Shown one piece after another: positions 49,782 through 58,471 of a DNA stretch of 64,000 nucleotides. How positions within the stretch are numbered: position 1 is the stretch's first letter; each line of letters opens with the position of its first letter. Position numbers and translations under genes: made by a program. The stretch spans positions 167,367-231,366 of the IMG/VR virus record IMGVR_UViG_3300030339_000003. The stretch is one strand, 5' to 3'. The notes beneath the pieces are model-generated. The model saw nothing but the letters and a program-made list of their open reading frames with translations. It had not been told where the DNA came from and did no database searches.

Positions 49782-50156
49782 TTAATTAAAAGAAAAACTT
49801 TGATTACCTTTGTTAGTCAAGATAACCATATTTTTGACAGTACAATCTTTACCTTTTTGAATAATGGGCATACGGTAAATAAGAACATATCCGTCACCTA
49901 TCACGCTAAGATTAGGATTACCCATGAACCCAGTACACGTTGTGTCATCAGCAATCACATCCATAACCAAAAGGTTATTTGTCATTGATGTGATGATATA
50001 ATCCATGACCTGTATTTCTGACCCGTCTTTTGCGGGTAATGTAGTCAGGACAGGACTAACAACTAAAAGCCAGTTATCTTGCTTAGGCGGAACACTTGCA
50101 AAACAACTTACGGAAAACATTACAATAAAAACAAGCAAATATTTAAATGTGTTCAT
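49782..50156 (-). CDS. Secreted protein (paralog of 48975..49325)
   Basis: Signal peptide ending CFA-S; conserved Cys pair and TNKG. Confidence 0.75.
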   Translation of the reverse strand: MNTFKYLLVFIVMFSVSCFASVPPKQDNWLLVVSPVLTTLPAKDGSEIQVMDYIITSMTNNLLVMDVIADDTTCTGFMGNPNLSVIGDGYVLIYRMPIIQKGKDCTVKNMVILTNKGNQSFSFN

Positions 50157-50175
50157 GGGGATCCCTAATTAATGA

Positions 50176-51087
50176 TTATTTGTTTTTCTTAGCATGCTTT
50201 TTGATTTGACGAGAAGTCATGCGTGATTTTTGTTTGGCGGTAAGAGTAATCGATCTCGCCCATTTCTTAACATCAATTGTTCCTTCAGTGTCGTAAAACA
50301 CATCTGGAGTGGATTGTTTAGCTTTGGCGATAATGCTATCCAGGCAAGGAATTGAGTGAGAAAGAATCCCCCCAATGACACCAGCCGAATGTGTGAGTAA
50401 AGAACCGTCAAGAAACGATTTATCGCTTCGAATCGATAACCTTACATTTGAATCACGTGATAATAATTTATCAACCAAATCAAGTTCACCGGGTTTAATA
50501 GTTATGGTTCCTTCAGTTAACGGATTATAGTGCATCGAGTCCAACAAATCTTTTAACTTTGAAATCGATTCAGCGTTCCAAATGCTACCGTTAGCTTTAA
50601 AGATTTCATCCATTTGTCTACGAAGTATGATGAGATCTTCAACATCATTTTCATCTTTACCCAAATCGGACTTATGGAATTCAATAGCATCATTGATTGT
50701 TGCAAACACAATCCCCGATTCAAAGCGTGACACTACCTTTACACCAATGAATGGGTGGCGCTCACCCATTTCTACCTTGCGACGCAGAAGCCCTTCACTT
50801 TTACCGAAAGCCTCTTTACGTGCTTTTAATTCTTGTTCCGCAGTTTCAGCAATATTTAAACCATCGGGGGAAAGAAAAACGGGAGTTTCCAAACTGCTTT
50901 TATTAGAGCGCTCACGCATGCGCTCTGATAGACCATAATAGCGACTACTTTGTAAATTGGCGAGTGTTACCATTTCATCTGGAATGGTAAATCCATCCGA
51001 TTCCGGAGTATCAAAGATATCGTTCTTCAAACCTTTCTTATAATTGGGGTCACGCTTTAAGCTTACAGTCATGGAATAATTCCTCAA
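50176..51087 (-). CDS. Hypothetical protein with basic tail
   Basis: 303-aa ORF. Confidence 0.75.
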   Translation of the reverse strand: MRNYSMTVSLKRDPNYKKGLKNDIFDTPESDGFTIPDEMVTLANLQSSRYYGLSERMRERSNKSSLETPVFLSPDGLNIAETAEQELKARKEAFGKSEGLLRRKVEMGERHPFIGVKVVSRFESGIVFATINDAIEFHKSDLGKDENDVEDLIILRRQMDEIFKANGSIWNAESISKLKDLLDSMHYNPLTEGTITIKPGELDLVDKLLSRDSNVRLSIRSDKSFLDGSLLTHSAGVIGGILSHSIPCLDSIIAKAKQSTPDVFYDTEGTIDVKKWARSITLTAKQKSRMTSRQIKKHAKKNK

Positions 51088-51131
51088 AAAATATAAAGAA
51101 ATACTAAGGGCTCAAACGAGCCCTTAGCTTA

Positions 51132-51254
51132 TTACTTATTCAAGATAGCCTGACGACCACGGTTATCTTCTTTGCAATGCTTAACAAAACTTTTAGCAGC
51201 GGCGAATACAACAACAACTGCGATAGGAGTAATAAATGCAACGATAATAGCCAT
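51132..51254 (-). CDS. Small membrane protein (40 aa) not in ORF track
   Basis: MAIIVAFITPIAVVVVFAAAK...ILNK*, AAGGA RBS, hairpin downstream. Confidence 0.6.
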   Translation of the reverse strand: MAIIVAFITPIAVVVVFAAAKSFVKHCKEDNRGRQAILNK

Positions 51255-51287
51255 GGTAATATCCTTAATAAGTATGTTTAAATTAAA

Positions 51288-51650
51288 TTACAGACGATGT
51301 TGGTTGAGCTTCAACATTTGTTCAAAAGTATCACGTTTCAACAAACGTTCCAATTTAGGATCGTAGGTCTTGTGATCGATTTCCATTTTAACCAGTTCAC
51401 CTGATGCGTTGTTAATCATGGTGACCGTATAATCCATTCCTATTTTGACCATGACATCGATCAAGCGAGGAAGTGACACATGTACAAGACGCATGTTCTT
51501 AATACCCAACAGCGTGCCGTACGGGACGCGTGAGTCACGGGATAACTGCTTAATAGTCCCATGATTCAAATGACGATGCAGATAAGAAGACACCTGAGCA
51601 TAAGCGAACACACGTACTCGTTCGGTAGATCCTTGGCGTACTGTAGACAT
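51288..51650 (-). CDS. XRE-family helix-turn-helix protein
   Basis: IKQLSRDSRVPYGTLLGIKN...SLPRLIDVMVKIG pattern. Confidence 0.65.
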   Translation of the reverse strand: MSTVRQGSTERVRVFAYAQVSSYLHRHLNHGTIKQLSRDSRVPYGTLLGIKNMRLVHVSLPRLIDVMVKIGMDYTVTMINNASGELVKMEIDHKTYDPKLERLLKRDTFEQMLKLNQHRL

Positions 51651-51664
51651 AACAAATACCCTTC

Positions 51665-52087
51665 TTATTTGGTTTTAAAAACGTCGTGGAAAAAATGAGC
51701 ATAATCTTTATTCAGTATTTCCAAGATTTCTGTTTTGTCGCAATCTTCGGAAACATAAGCTAATCCGGCTTCCTCTTCATAGGTAAAGACAATTTGATTA
51801 TTCTTTACATACAAAATATAGTCATACCAGACATTCCCATCAAGCCCATAAATGTGCAATGACCCAGTATAACCCTCAGGACTTTTGATGGCAATTGTAA
51901 GCTCATTACCATCATCAGCCGCTTGCGCGTATTCATTACCAGTACTCACAAAACCCAATTTACCATCAACATCAATAGCAAATTGGGCCAGTGTGCAGCC
52001 GAATTGTTTAGACTGATAATTATCAGAAAGATAAACAATTTTAACTTTGTTATCCTTCGCTACTTTAAAATCATCAAACATACCCAT
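51665..52087 (-). CDS. Hypothetical protein
   Basis: 140-aa ORF. Confidence 0.7.
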   Translation of the reverse strand: MGMFDDFKVAKDNKVKIVYLSDNYQSKQFGCTLAQFAIDVDGKLGFVSTGNEYAQAADDGNELTIAIKSPEGYTGSLHIYGLDGNVWYDYILYVKNNQIVFTYEEEAGLAYVSEDCDKTEILEILNKDYAHFFHDVFKTK

Positions 52088-52165
52088 AATTTTAATTACC
52101 TTTTAAAAAGAATCAAATAAAAGTTTTAGTTAGGCTATCGGCCAAAATAGGATAACGATCATAGA

Positions 52166-52600
52166 TTAAGCAGCCAGGAAATCCTCTGCTAATACTTTGA
52201 ACTCTTCTTCTACTTTAGACGCAGTGTTATAAACACCAGTGACTACCCACAGTTTTTCCAAGCCTTTAACTGTGATGAACTGACGATAAGCAGCCCATGC
52301 TTTGTTCAGGTCGTTTGCAAAGCTTTTAACTACAGTAGCGTTAGCACGCAACCAAGTATAAACGCTAGCCAAACGGTCGTAACGGCTTTCTTCGTTACGA
52401 ATAATAGATACAGCGCGATCAACGTCTTCTTCTAAGATGGTGATTTCTTCACCTTTAGGATTGGACCAGATATAACGACGTTCAGCAATACGAATGATTG
52501 TTGCTTTAGATGCAGTGATGTTAGCACGCACTAATTCGATAAACTCTTTAGATAATACAAATGAAAGTTTCATGGTAATACTCCTAGGTTGGCCGATCAA
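52166..52600 (-). CDS. Hypothetical early protein (likely start MKLSF)
   Basis: AGGAG RBS, early promoter 52627-52646. Confidence 0.75.
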   Translation of the reverse strand: MIGQPRSITMKLSFVLSKEFIELVRANITASKATIIRIAERRYIWSNPKGEEITILEEDVDRAVSIIRNEESRYDRLASVYTWLRANATVVKSFANDLNKAWAAYRQFITVKGLEKLWVVTGVYNTASKVEEEFKVLAEDFLAA

Positions 52601-52626
52601 TAAACATAATTGTTTATTTATATACC

Positions 52627-52646
52627 CAAGTAATATAGGTCTGAAA
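52627..52646 (-). promoter_or_regulatory. Early promoter
   Basis: TTTCAGACCTATATTACTTG. Confidence 0.75.
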
Positions 52647-52662
52647 CCTTCTGTATTATAAA

Positions 52663-53190
52663 TTATTGCTTATCGATACTTACCGCAAAATCAGGTAGTA
52701 ATGCTTTGATTGCATTAAGTACAATCGTAGCATGCATGAGTTCGTCAATATAAATATTAACCAAATAATGCATGTGTTTATCTATGCCAACTAAACGTAA
52801 AGTGATGTATTGATCGGCATCAGTAAGTTTTTCATCATCAGCGATTAAAGCTAACGTTCTTTGTTCCTGGCCAGGACGATTAAACATGTGGCGTGGAGCA
52901 TTACTACTGGATGTCACGTAGCTAATATGACCCTTACAACTTAATCCTAGTGGGGCCGCTCTAGCCAATTCATGATACAGCTCCCAGGTATTAAAACGAT
53001 GATCGGTGAGTTCAGATAATTGACGTTCATTAATAATCGTTTCGGAATAGCCTTCATCAAACAAAGACATAAAGTTTATGCTTTCTTTAATTTCCCTGAT
53101 ACTTTTCCGTGTAGCTTTATTGGATTCAATACCAGCTAGTCGGTCGATAATTGTTTTTAATTGGTTAATTAAAAATTCTGATTCTTTCAT
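52663..53190 (-). CDS. Hypothetical protein
   Basis: 175 aa, AGGAG RBS. Confidence 0.75.
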   Translation of the reverse strand: MKESEFLINQLKTIIDRLAGIESNKATRKSIREIKESINFMSLFDEGYSETIINERQLSELTDHRFNTWELYHELARAAPLGLSCKGHISYVTSSSNAPRHMFNRPGQEQRTLALIADDEKLTDADQYITLRLVGIDKHMHYLVNIYIDELMHATIVLNAIKALLPDFAVSIDKQ

Positions 53191-53201
53191 GTTAGCTCCT
53201 T

Positions 53202-53666
53202 TTACTTTGGCGTAGAAATTGTTTGAACATCGTGCTGTAGTTTAGTTAACAAATCAACAGCATCAGAATTATGTTCAGCTCCCAATAAAAGTTTTACCAT
53301 CCCTAATACATCCGCTTTAGAATAGACAATGTATAAATTATTATCGTCGAATAATCCTTCTCTCCCGGATTCGTCAAATCCCAATGGATAGTCTTTTTGA
53401 TCCAAGTTATTTTTAAGATTATGCAAAATTTCTTCGTACGCTAATGCGGTAACCGTAAAACAGTCTTCGTTATATGCTGGATGGTCTTCTGGGATGTCGG
53501 TATTAATGCAATTTACGGGCTGATAAACAAAATCGATTTGTTCTTCTCCGTTTGACAATTTACAATGTATTGGGTTTGAACCAATGTCACAATAAGTTTT
53601 ATCAAAATAAGAAAAAATAGTTCCAGCGGGCAGTTTCTTAAAATCTTGATATTTATAAATTTTCAT
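53202..53666 (-). CDS. Conserved phage hypothetical protein
   Basis: MKI....F..LPAGT.F ... REGLFD..LY.VY pattern recalled from unrelated phage hypotheticals. Confidence 0.7.
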   Translation of the reverse strand: MKIYKYQDFKKLPAGTIFSYFDKTYCDIGSNPIHCKLSNGEEQIDFVYQPVNCINTDIPEDHPAYNEDCFTVTALAYEEILHNLKNNLDQKDYPLGFDESGREGLFDDNNLYIVYSKADVLGMVKLLLGAEHNSDAVDLLTKLQHDVQTISTPK

Positions 53667-53685
53667 GTTAAATTCCTTAAATAAA

Positions 53686-53713
53686 TATATCCTTACCTTA
53701 CGGTAAGGATATA
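53686..53713. terminator. Intrinsic terminator
   Basis: tatatccttacc-ttac-ggtaaggatata. Confidence 0.7.
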
Positions 53714-53833
53714 GAGTTAATCAATTTCTTTATGAGAACAATGGGGTTTGTTTATTACGCAAGATAATGTCATTGTTAATGATCTTGCGGTAATCTTTAG
53801 TATGGTCTTCGCCATACAGTAAGATCTTGTGCA

Positions 53834-54031
53834 TTATTTCCACCCCTTAGATAGTAGGTATATCCCGACAAAAGCAATAACCAAACCAACCATTACTACG
53901 GTAACAGATTTATAACTTTTACGATACCAACCAGGTTTAAAGTCAGTATGATCTTCATCGTAAATAAAGAAAGATATAAACATTAACCCTGCTGCTACAT
54001 ATAAAAGAATGTTGCCAATTTTGTCAGCCAT
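53834..54031 (-). CDS. Small two-TM membrane protein
   Basis: 65 aa, two hydrophobic helices. Confidence 0.7.
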   Translation of the reverse strand: MADKIGNILLYVAAGLMFISFFIYDEDHTDFKPGWYRKSYKSVTVVMVGLVIAFVGIYLLSKGWK

Positions 54032-54971
54032 TGGTATCGTCCGCGGTGGTTAAATCATTAGGAGTGTTTTCGGGCGTTGTTTGTGGGTGGTTTTTGTCAT
54101 AATAGTCAATGGCTAAACAAATTCTTTCATGCAATTCCATACACTTTTTGTATTCCTGAAGAAGTGTATCCGAGTCAACAACAGTTTTATTTTTTAGATA
54201 TGCATTTAAATTTAAAAATTTACTTAATAAAAATTCTTCTGGATGTTGCAAATCAGAAGGTTTTGCATAAGAGAACTTATCTGAATCAGCAAAACATCTC
54301 CCGTAATCATTAACAAACAATTGTCTGTTTTCATCCCAATCATTTAAATAATTAGGTAACGGGATATCAGCCGCTTTGTATTCTTCAAGTTTAGCGGGAC
54401 TGACATTTGGACCAATCATGTTTAAAACCAAATAATCTCTTAACCCAGGATTTATTCTTTCATAAACAATACGTTTGGTTAAATTCCACAATGGCGTGAT
54501 AATCGGTATCGGATGAACAGATAAACGAGACAACGGATTAACTGTAATTGGATAATGTTTTAATTCATCGTATTGTTTTTCAGTTAAGTCAGAATAATTA
54601 AGAGACGTTTCATAAGCATCTTCTTTTAACCATCCAGCGACAAAAACCACACTATTGTAAAATTCACGGCCTTGTGCGTCAGTTAACATACATGCAGTGC
54701 GAAACTGTTGGTTTACACGCAGAGATTTATTTTCACCTCTATGCGTGCCAAAAAACGACTTAGGAGAATAAACTAACCAAATACTCGCTTTTGGATAAAG
54801 TTCTGTTAATCGTTTATAAGCTCGATAAATTAATGACGCCTCATAAACTTCAGCTGCGCGACCATTAACACAACCATAAGTCAATTCAACGGCATAACCT
54901 TGTTCAATATACATTTGTGCTAAGTACATTGATTCAACACCGCCACTAAAGGCAACAATAGCCGTTTTCAT
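54024..54971 (-). CDS. QueC-like PP-loop adenylating enzyme
   Basis: AIVAFSGGVES, AGWLKED, IITPLWNLTK; no C-terminal Zn cysteine cluster. Confidence 0.7.
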   Translation of the reverse strand: MKTAIVAFSGGVESMYLAQMYIEQGYAVELTYGCVNGRAAEVYEASLIYRAYKRLTELYPKASIWLVYSPKSFFGTHRGENKSLRVNQQFRTACMLTDAQGREFYNSVVFVAGWLKEDAYETSLNYSDLTEKQYDELKHYPITVNPLSRLSVHPIPIITPLWNLTKRIVYERINPGLRDYLVLNMIGPNVSPAKLEEYKAADIPLPNYLNDWDENRQLFVNDYGRCFADSDKFSYAKPSDLQHPEEFLLSKFLNLNAYLKNKTVVDSDTLLQEYKKCMELHERICLAIDYYDKNHPQTTPENTPNDLTTADDTNG

Positions 54972-54972
54972 A

Positions 54973-55278
54973 TTACTTATCCTCTAAGTCTTTATTAAGT
55001 TTCTTTTCAGCAAAATCGATACAACTAAATATTTGTTTCTTTTCCAAACGTAAATTGGCAACAGTAGTATTTAATCGATTGCCGTTATTAACAGTTTCCC
55101 AGTAAATGGGAGATTCTATTTCAGTTACGTTTAGGTTTTCTAACTTTTCATTATTGCGAATGATGTCTTGTAATAATACGATAAGCTCACTATTAACCTT
55201 AACAAGATTTTTCTTCATTCGGTCAATATCGGCAATACGTTTAAGATGCTCTTGTTTGGTCATTATAACCACCAACAA
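54973..55278 (-). CDS. Coiled-coil hypothetical protein
   Basis: 101-aa ORF. Confidence 0.65.
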   Translation of the reverse strand: MLVVIMTKQEHLKRIADIDRMKKNLVKVNSELIVLLQDIIRNNEKLENLNVTEIESPIYWETVNNGNRLNTTVANLRLEKKQIFSCIDFAEKKLNKDLEDK

Positions 55279-55343
55279 TGAATGTGATTAAAAGGGCGCA
55301 GTTACCCACGCCCATTAAAATTACTGATGAGAGACTTAACTCT

Positions 55344-56180
55344 TTAAACTAAAGAAAATTTCTTTGCTTTAGTTGGGTTGGTCAGTAAAACGTAACCCGT
55401 CTTGACTGGGTTTTCGAAGTCTGTGTTATCACCTTCGAATACCATTACACGGCCTGTAGCCGTAATTACATAGTACGATACGTCTTCCTTCTTTTCTTTG
55501 TTGTAGTAGACATTAGCACGACGAACAATCAAACCACAATTGATCACCTTTTTAATATTGTCGTTAGTTGTTGTCTTGACCAAAGTGTAAGTAGTTTCTT
55601 TATGGACACCTTGTTTGATAGAGATCTTTTCTTTCTCTAACAGTTCTTTGACGAAGTCAGGTGTCAAAATAGGTGACATCGGACTAGTACCATGTGCAAT
55701 CATTGTGTTAGTCGCATAGTACGTTTGCATAACGCGATGCTTCATGCTTTCCAAGAACTGGTGACCGAATAACAACGGACGGTCAACACTGTGGTAATTG
55801 TCTTTCTTAAACAGTTGGGTGAAGGACACATTCCCGAAATCCATTTTTAACAGGATCTCTTTATTATCATTAGGAATAATGATAGAAGGCACCAGCAGTT
55901 TGTCAGTGATACCTTTCAACATCATAGAAGAAAGACGAGGCTTGCCGATAAAGCCAGTGTTATTACGGACCAGCTGGGTTGTTACTTGGATACGCATAAT
56001 GCCATCAGTCGCAGTTACTACGGACAATGAATCTGCGATCTTACCATCATCAAAGAAACCACCCACGTTATGCAGGTTATGATGGAAACAGACCAGATGC
56101 GCAACACCAGTTTTTGTTGTCATTGTTTTATTGCCTTTTGTTGTGGGATTAAGAAACTTTACAAGACTTAATATCATCAT
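55344..56180 (-). CDS. Hypothetical protein (likely start MTTKTG)
   Basis: Long ORF, AAAGG RBS. Confidence 0.7.
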   Translation of the reverse strand: MMILSLVKFLNPTTKGNKTMTTKTGVAHLVCFHHNLHNVGGFFDDGKIADSLSVVTATDGIMRIQVTTQLVRNNTGFIGKPRLSSMMLKGITDKLLVPSIIIPNDNKEILLKMDFGNVSFTQLFKKDNYHSVDRPLLFGHQFLESMKHRVMQTYYATNTMIAHGTSPMSPILTPDFVKELLEKEKISIKQGVHKETTYTLVKTTTNDNIKKVINCGLIVRRANVYYNKEKKEDVSYYVITATGRVMVFEGDNTDFENPVKTGYVLLTNPTKAKKFSLV

Positions 56181-56634
56181 AAGTCATGACACGAGCATGT
56201 ATTTTAGTACGACCGTTTAACGACGCTTTCATGATACGATTAAATCCATCTAATACTCTCCAACGTCCGTTGTGTCGGATAACTAAAATAGGGTATACTG
56301 TTTTTGCTGCCTCCACTTTTTCTTTAGTAATTGATGAAAATAACAAAGCGTGCATGACGTCCATAAGTGGGAAATCCACAATAGGTTTAACACTACCAGC
56401 GGCTCTTAATAATAGCGGTGAATATTTGTCGCCCAAAAACAAAACATTATCTTCAAGATTAAAGAATGTTTCACTTTTTGTTGGGTCAGACAACAGTGAC
56501 ATATGCAATTGGGCGAGTTCTTGAAGAGACATATTCTTTTCAGGTTCAATACCCAACCAAGTTACTTTGGAAATAATGTTACCATTACCTCTAACAATGT
56601 GACGAGCTTGATCTACTTTCTTTTCTTCTTGCAT
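56149..56634 (-). CDS. ParB/sulfiredoxin-like domain protein
   Basis: YPILV...WRVLDGFNRIMKA..G...IHARV. Confidence 0.75.
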   Translation of the reverse strand: MQEEKKVDQARHIVRGNGNIISKVTWLGIEPEKNMSLQELAQLHMSLLSDPTKSETFFNLEDNVLFLGDKYSPLLLRAAGSVKPIVDFPLMDVMHALLFSSITKEKVEAAKTVYPILVIRHNGRWRVLDGFNRIMKASLNGRTKIHARVMTYDDIKSCKVS

Positions 56635-56894
56635 GGATTGCCTCTGCGTTTACTGGAACATGTTGCTAATTTAGGTGGACGTAATGAAACAGGTTTACGG
56701 TAATAATGTTTTCTTTGAAGTCGAACTATTCCTTTAATGGCTTTACGAAATGAATTACCAATGTTTTTAACCGCCTGTTCTAAATCGGTTAGACCTTCAT
56801 CGACACTTGCAATACATTCTGCAATATAGGTATCGTCCCAATTTGCCTCTTCAACAATTATAAACTCTTCATCGAAATTAGTAACTTCGCCCAT
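56613..56894 (-). CDS. Small protein, acidic N-terminus and basic C-terminus
   Basis: GGAGG RBS before MGEVT (56894). Confidence 0.7.
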   Translation of the reverse strand: MGEVTNFDEEFIIVEEANWDDTYIAECIASVDEGLTDLEQAVKNIGNSFRKAIKGIVRLQRKHYYRKPVSLRPPKLATCSSKRRGNPCKKKRK

Positions 56895-56904
56895 AATGCC
56901 TCCA

Positions 56905-57336
56905 CTACCAACGTTTAGTTTTATTATTACCCATTTTAAAACGAGTAGGATGTAATTGACCCGTGTGTTGATCGAAATGCTTTCTTTTACCAGGCGCGTA
57001 TGATTGTAAACTTTGGCTGGTAGGTAAATTGATTTCCATAAGCTTAGCGCGCTCTTGGATATCACGATAGGTTTGTCGACCCATATGCTGGATTGTCTGG
57101 AGACTAGGTCCTGCGCCCAACACAACCGTTCTGGTAACATGTGGTTGTGAATGATGATATTGGAAATCTTTGAGTTCAGATTCTTTTACGCATACCACAT
57201 TAACCCGGATTTCGTTATCCAAACATTCTTTAAAGAAAGCTTCAGTGTTTGGAATTTGAACACCTTGTTCGTCAAACAAAACAACTTCATTAGTTATTTC
57301 ACTGGACGCCATAGTCACATTAACACTTTTGCACAT
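56905..57336 (-). CDS. Hypothetical protein ending KTKRW
   Basis: GGTGG RBS before MCKSV (57336). Confidence 0.7.
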   Translation of the reverse strand: MCKSVNVTMASSEITNEVVLFDEQGVQIPNTEAFFKECLDNEIRVNVVCVKESELKDFQYHHSQPHVTRTVVLGAGPSLQTIQHMGRQTYRDIQERAKLMEINLPTSQSLQSYAPGKRKHFDQHTGQLHPTRFKMGNNKTKRW

Positions 57337-57337
57337 A

Positions 57338-57748
57338 TTACCACCGTTTAGTTTTGCGATTAACATCTTTAAAGTATGTTTCATGAACCCACACTTTAGC
57401 TTGACGCTTGGCTGTTTTTTCAATGACTCGCTGACGTGGTTCCCACACAATAACAATGTCACTGTTATTCACAACGATCAACGTAAAGTTATCATCAACA
57501 TCATGATCGTCGATAAAGTCATTAACATCTTCAACTAACGCATCCAGGTCAATACGTTCTTTATGTGATATGTTAACTACGTTACCTGTTTTACGTTTGG
57601 TCATATCACCAGCAGACCATTCTTTTGAATGATAATTGAATACCATTCCACCAAATCCCACTGTACCAATTAGTGTGCTAAAATACACTGGAGATTCATC
57701 AGTCAAAAAATTATTGATGAAGTCTTTAAGCTTTTCACCTGGAGTCAT
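57338..57748 (-). CDS. Hypothetical protein ending KTKRW
   Basis: 136-aa ORF. Confidence 0.7.
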   Translation of the reverse strand: MTPGEKLKDFINNFLTDESPVYFSTLIGTVGFGGMVFNYHSKEWSAGDMTKRKTGNVVNISHKERIDLDALVEDVNDFIDDHDVDDNFTLIVVNNSDIVIVWEPRQRVIEKTAKRQAKVWVHETYFKDVNRKTKRW

Positions 57749-57753
57749 TTCAA

Positions 57754-58431
57754 TTACCCTTTAAAGTTGGTCGCAACATGATCTTTGACTGTTGACATTA
57801 ACAATGGTTTGTTATCTACAACTGAGATAATATTTTTAATAATATCTTTGTTTAATTCAAAACCAAATTCAGGATAAGAACTCCACATGTATCCTGTCTT
57901 TTCTGACAACTTGTCAACCAAATGATCAACAATTTCATTGACCAAATCTTCTTTACTAATAACTCCCCATGCAACTCTTGCTTTCATGCAGCGATCGATA
58001 AGGTCAGTAAGGTCTAATTTACCACGATCTGCTAAAGCTACGTATTCTGAATAGACAGAAGAGTGTACGCCTTTATAACTAGCACGGTGTTCATAACACG
58101 TTTTAGCGATCAACATGGTTTCTTGTTCATTAAACATTTTTGGTGCGTGAATGTCTAAATAACGGAAAGCTAAACCAAAAGAAATCTGGTGATGTGTTTC
58201 ACGATCATAACGGCAACCCAAATCGTGCATTAAACAACCTGCTAAAATAATACTAATTTCTTTTTTAGTAAACTTACCTGCAGCTAATTCCAAACCATAC
58301 GCGCATACATTATAAACATGGTCTACATTATGCGCGGGATCATTACACTTCACGCTAACATAACACGCTTCAATTAAACCCGCTGGTAAATAAGTACCTA
58401 ATAAATCATGATAGTTTTTTGACGATTTCAT
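57754..58431 (-). CDS. HD-domain metal-dependent phosphohydrolase
   Basis: AHNVDHV, LMHDLG, HHQ, YEHR, ALADRG. Confidence 0.88.
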   Translation of the reverse strand: MKSSKNYHDLLGTYLPAGLIEACYVSVKCNDPAHNVDHVYNVCAYGLELAAGKFTKKEISIILAGCLMHDLGCRYDRETHHQISFGLAFRYLDIHAPKMFNEQETMLIAKTCYEHRASYKGVHSSVYSEYVALADRGKLDLTDLIDRCMKARVAWGVISKEDLVNEIVDHLVDKLSEKTGYMWSSYPEFGFELNKDIIKNIISVVDNKPLLMSTVKDHVATNFKG

Positions 58432-58471
58432 TCTATTCTCTTCTTAAAAATATAAAGGTTACCAATACTAA

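Noticed and set aside
56613-57462. Long overlapping 5' extensions of ORFs 56613..57140 and 56905..57462
   Set aside because: Good RBS and ATG at 56894 and 57336 give non-overlapping genes
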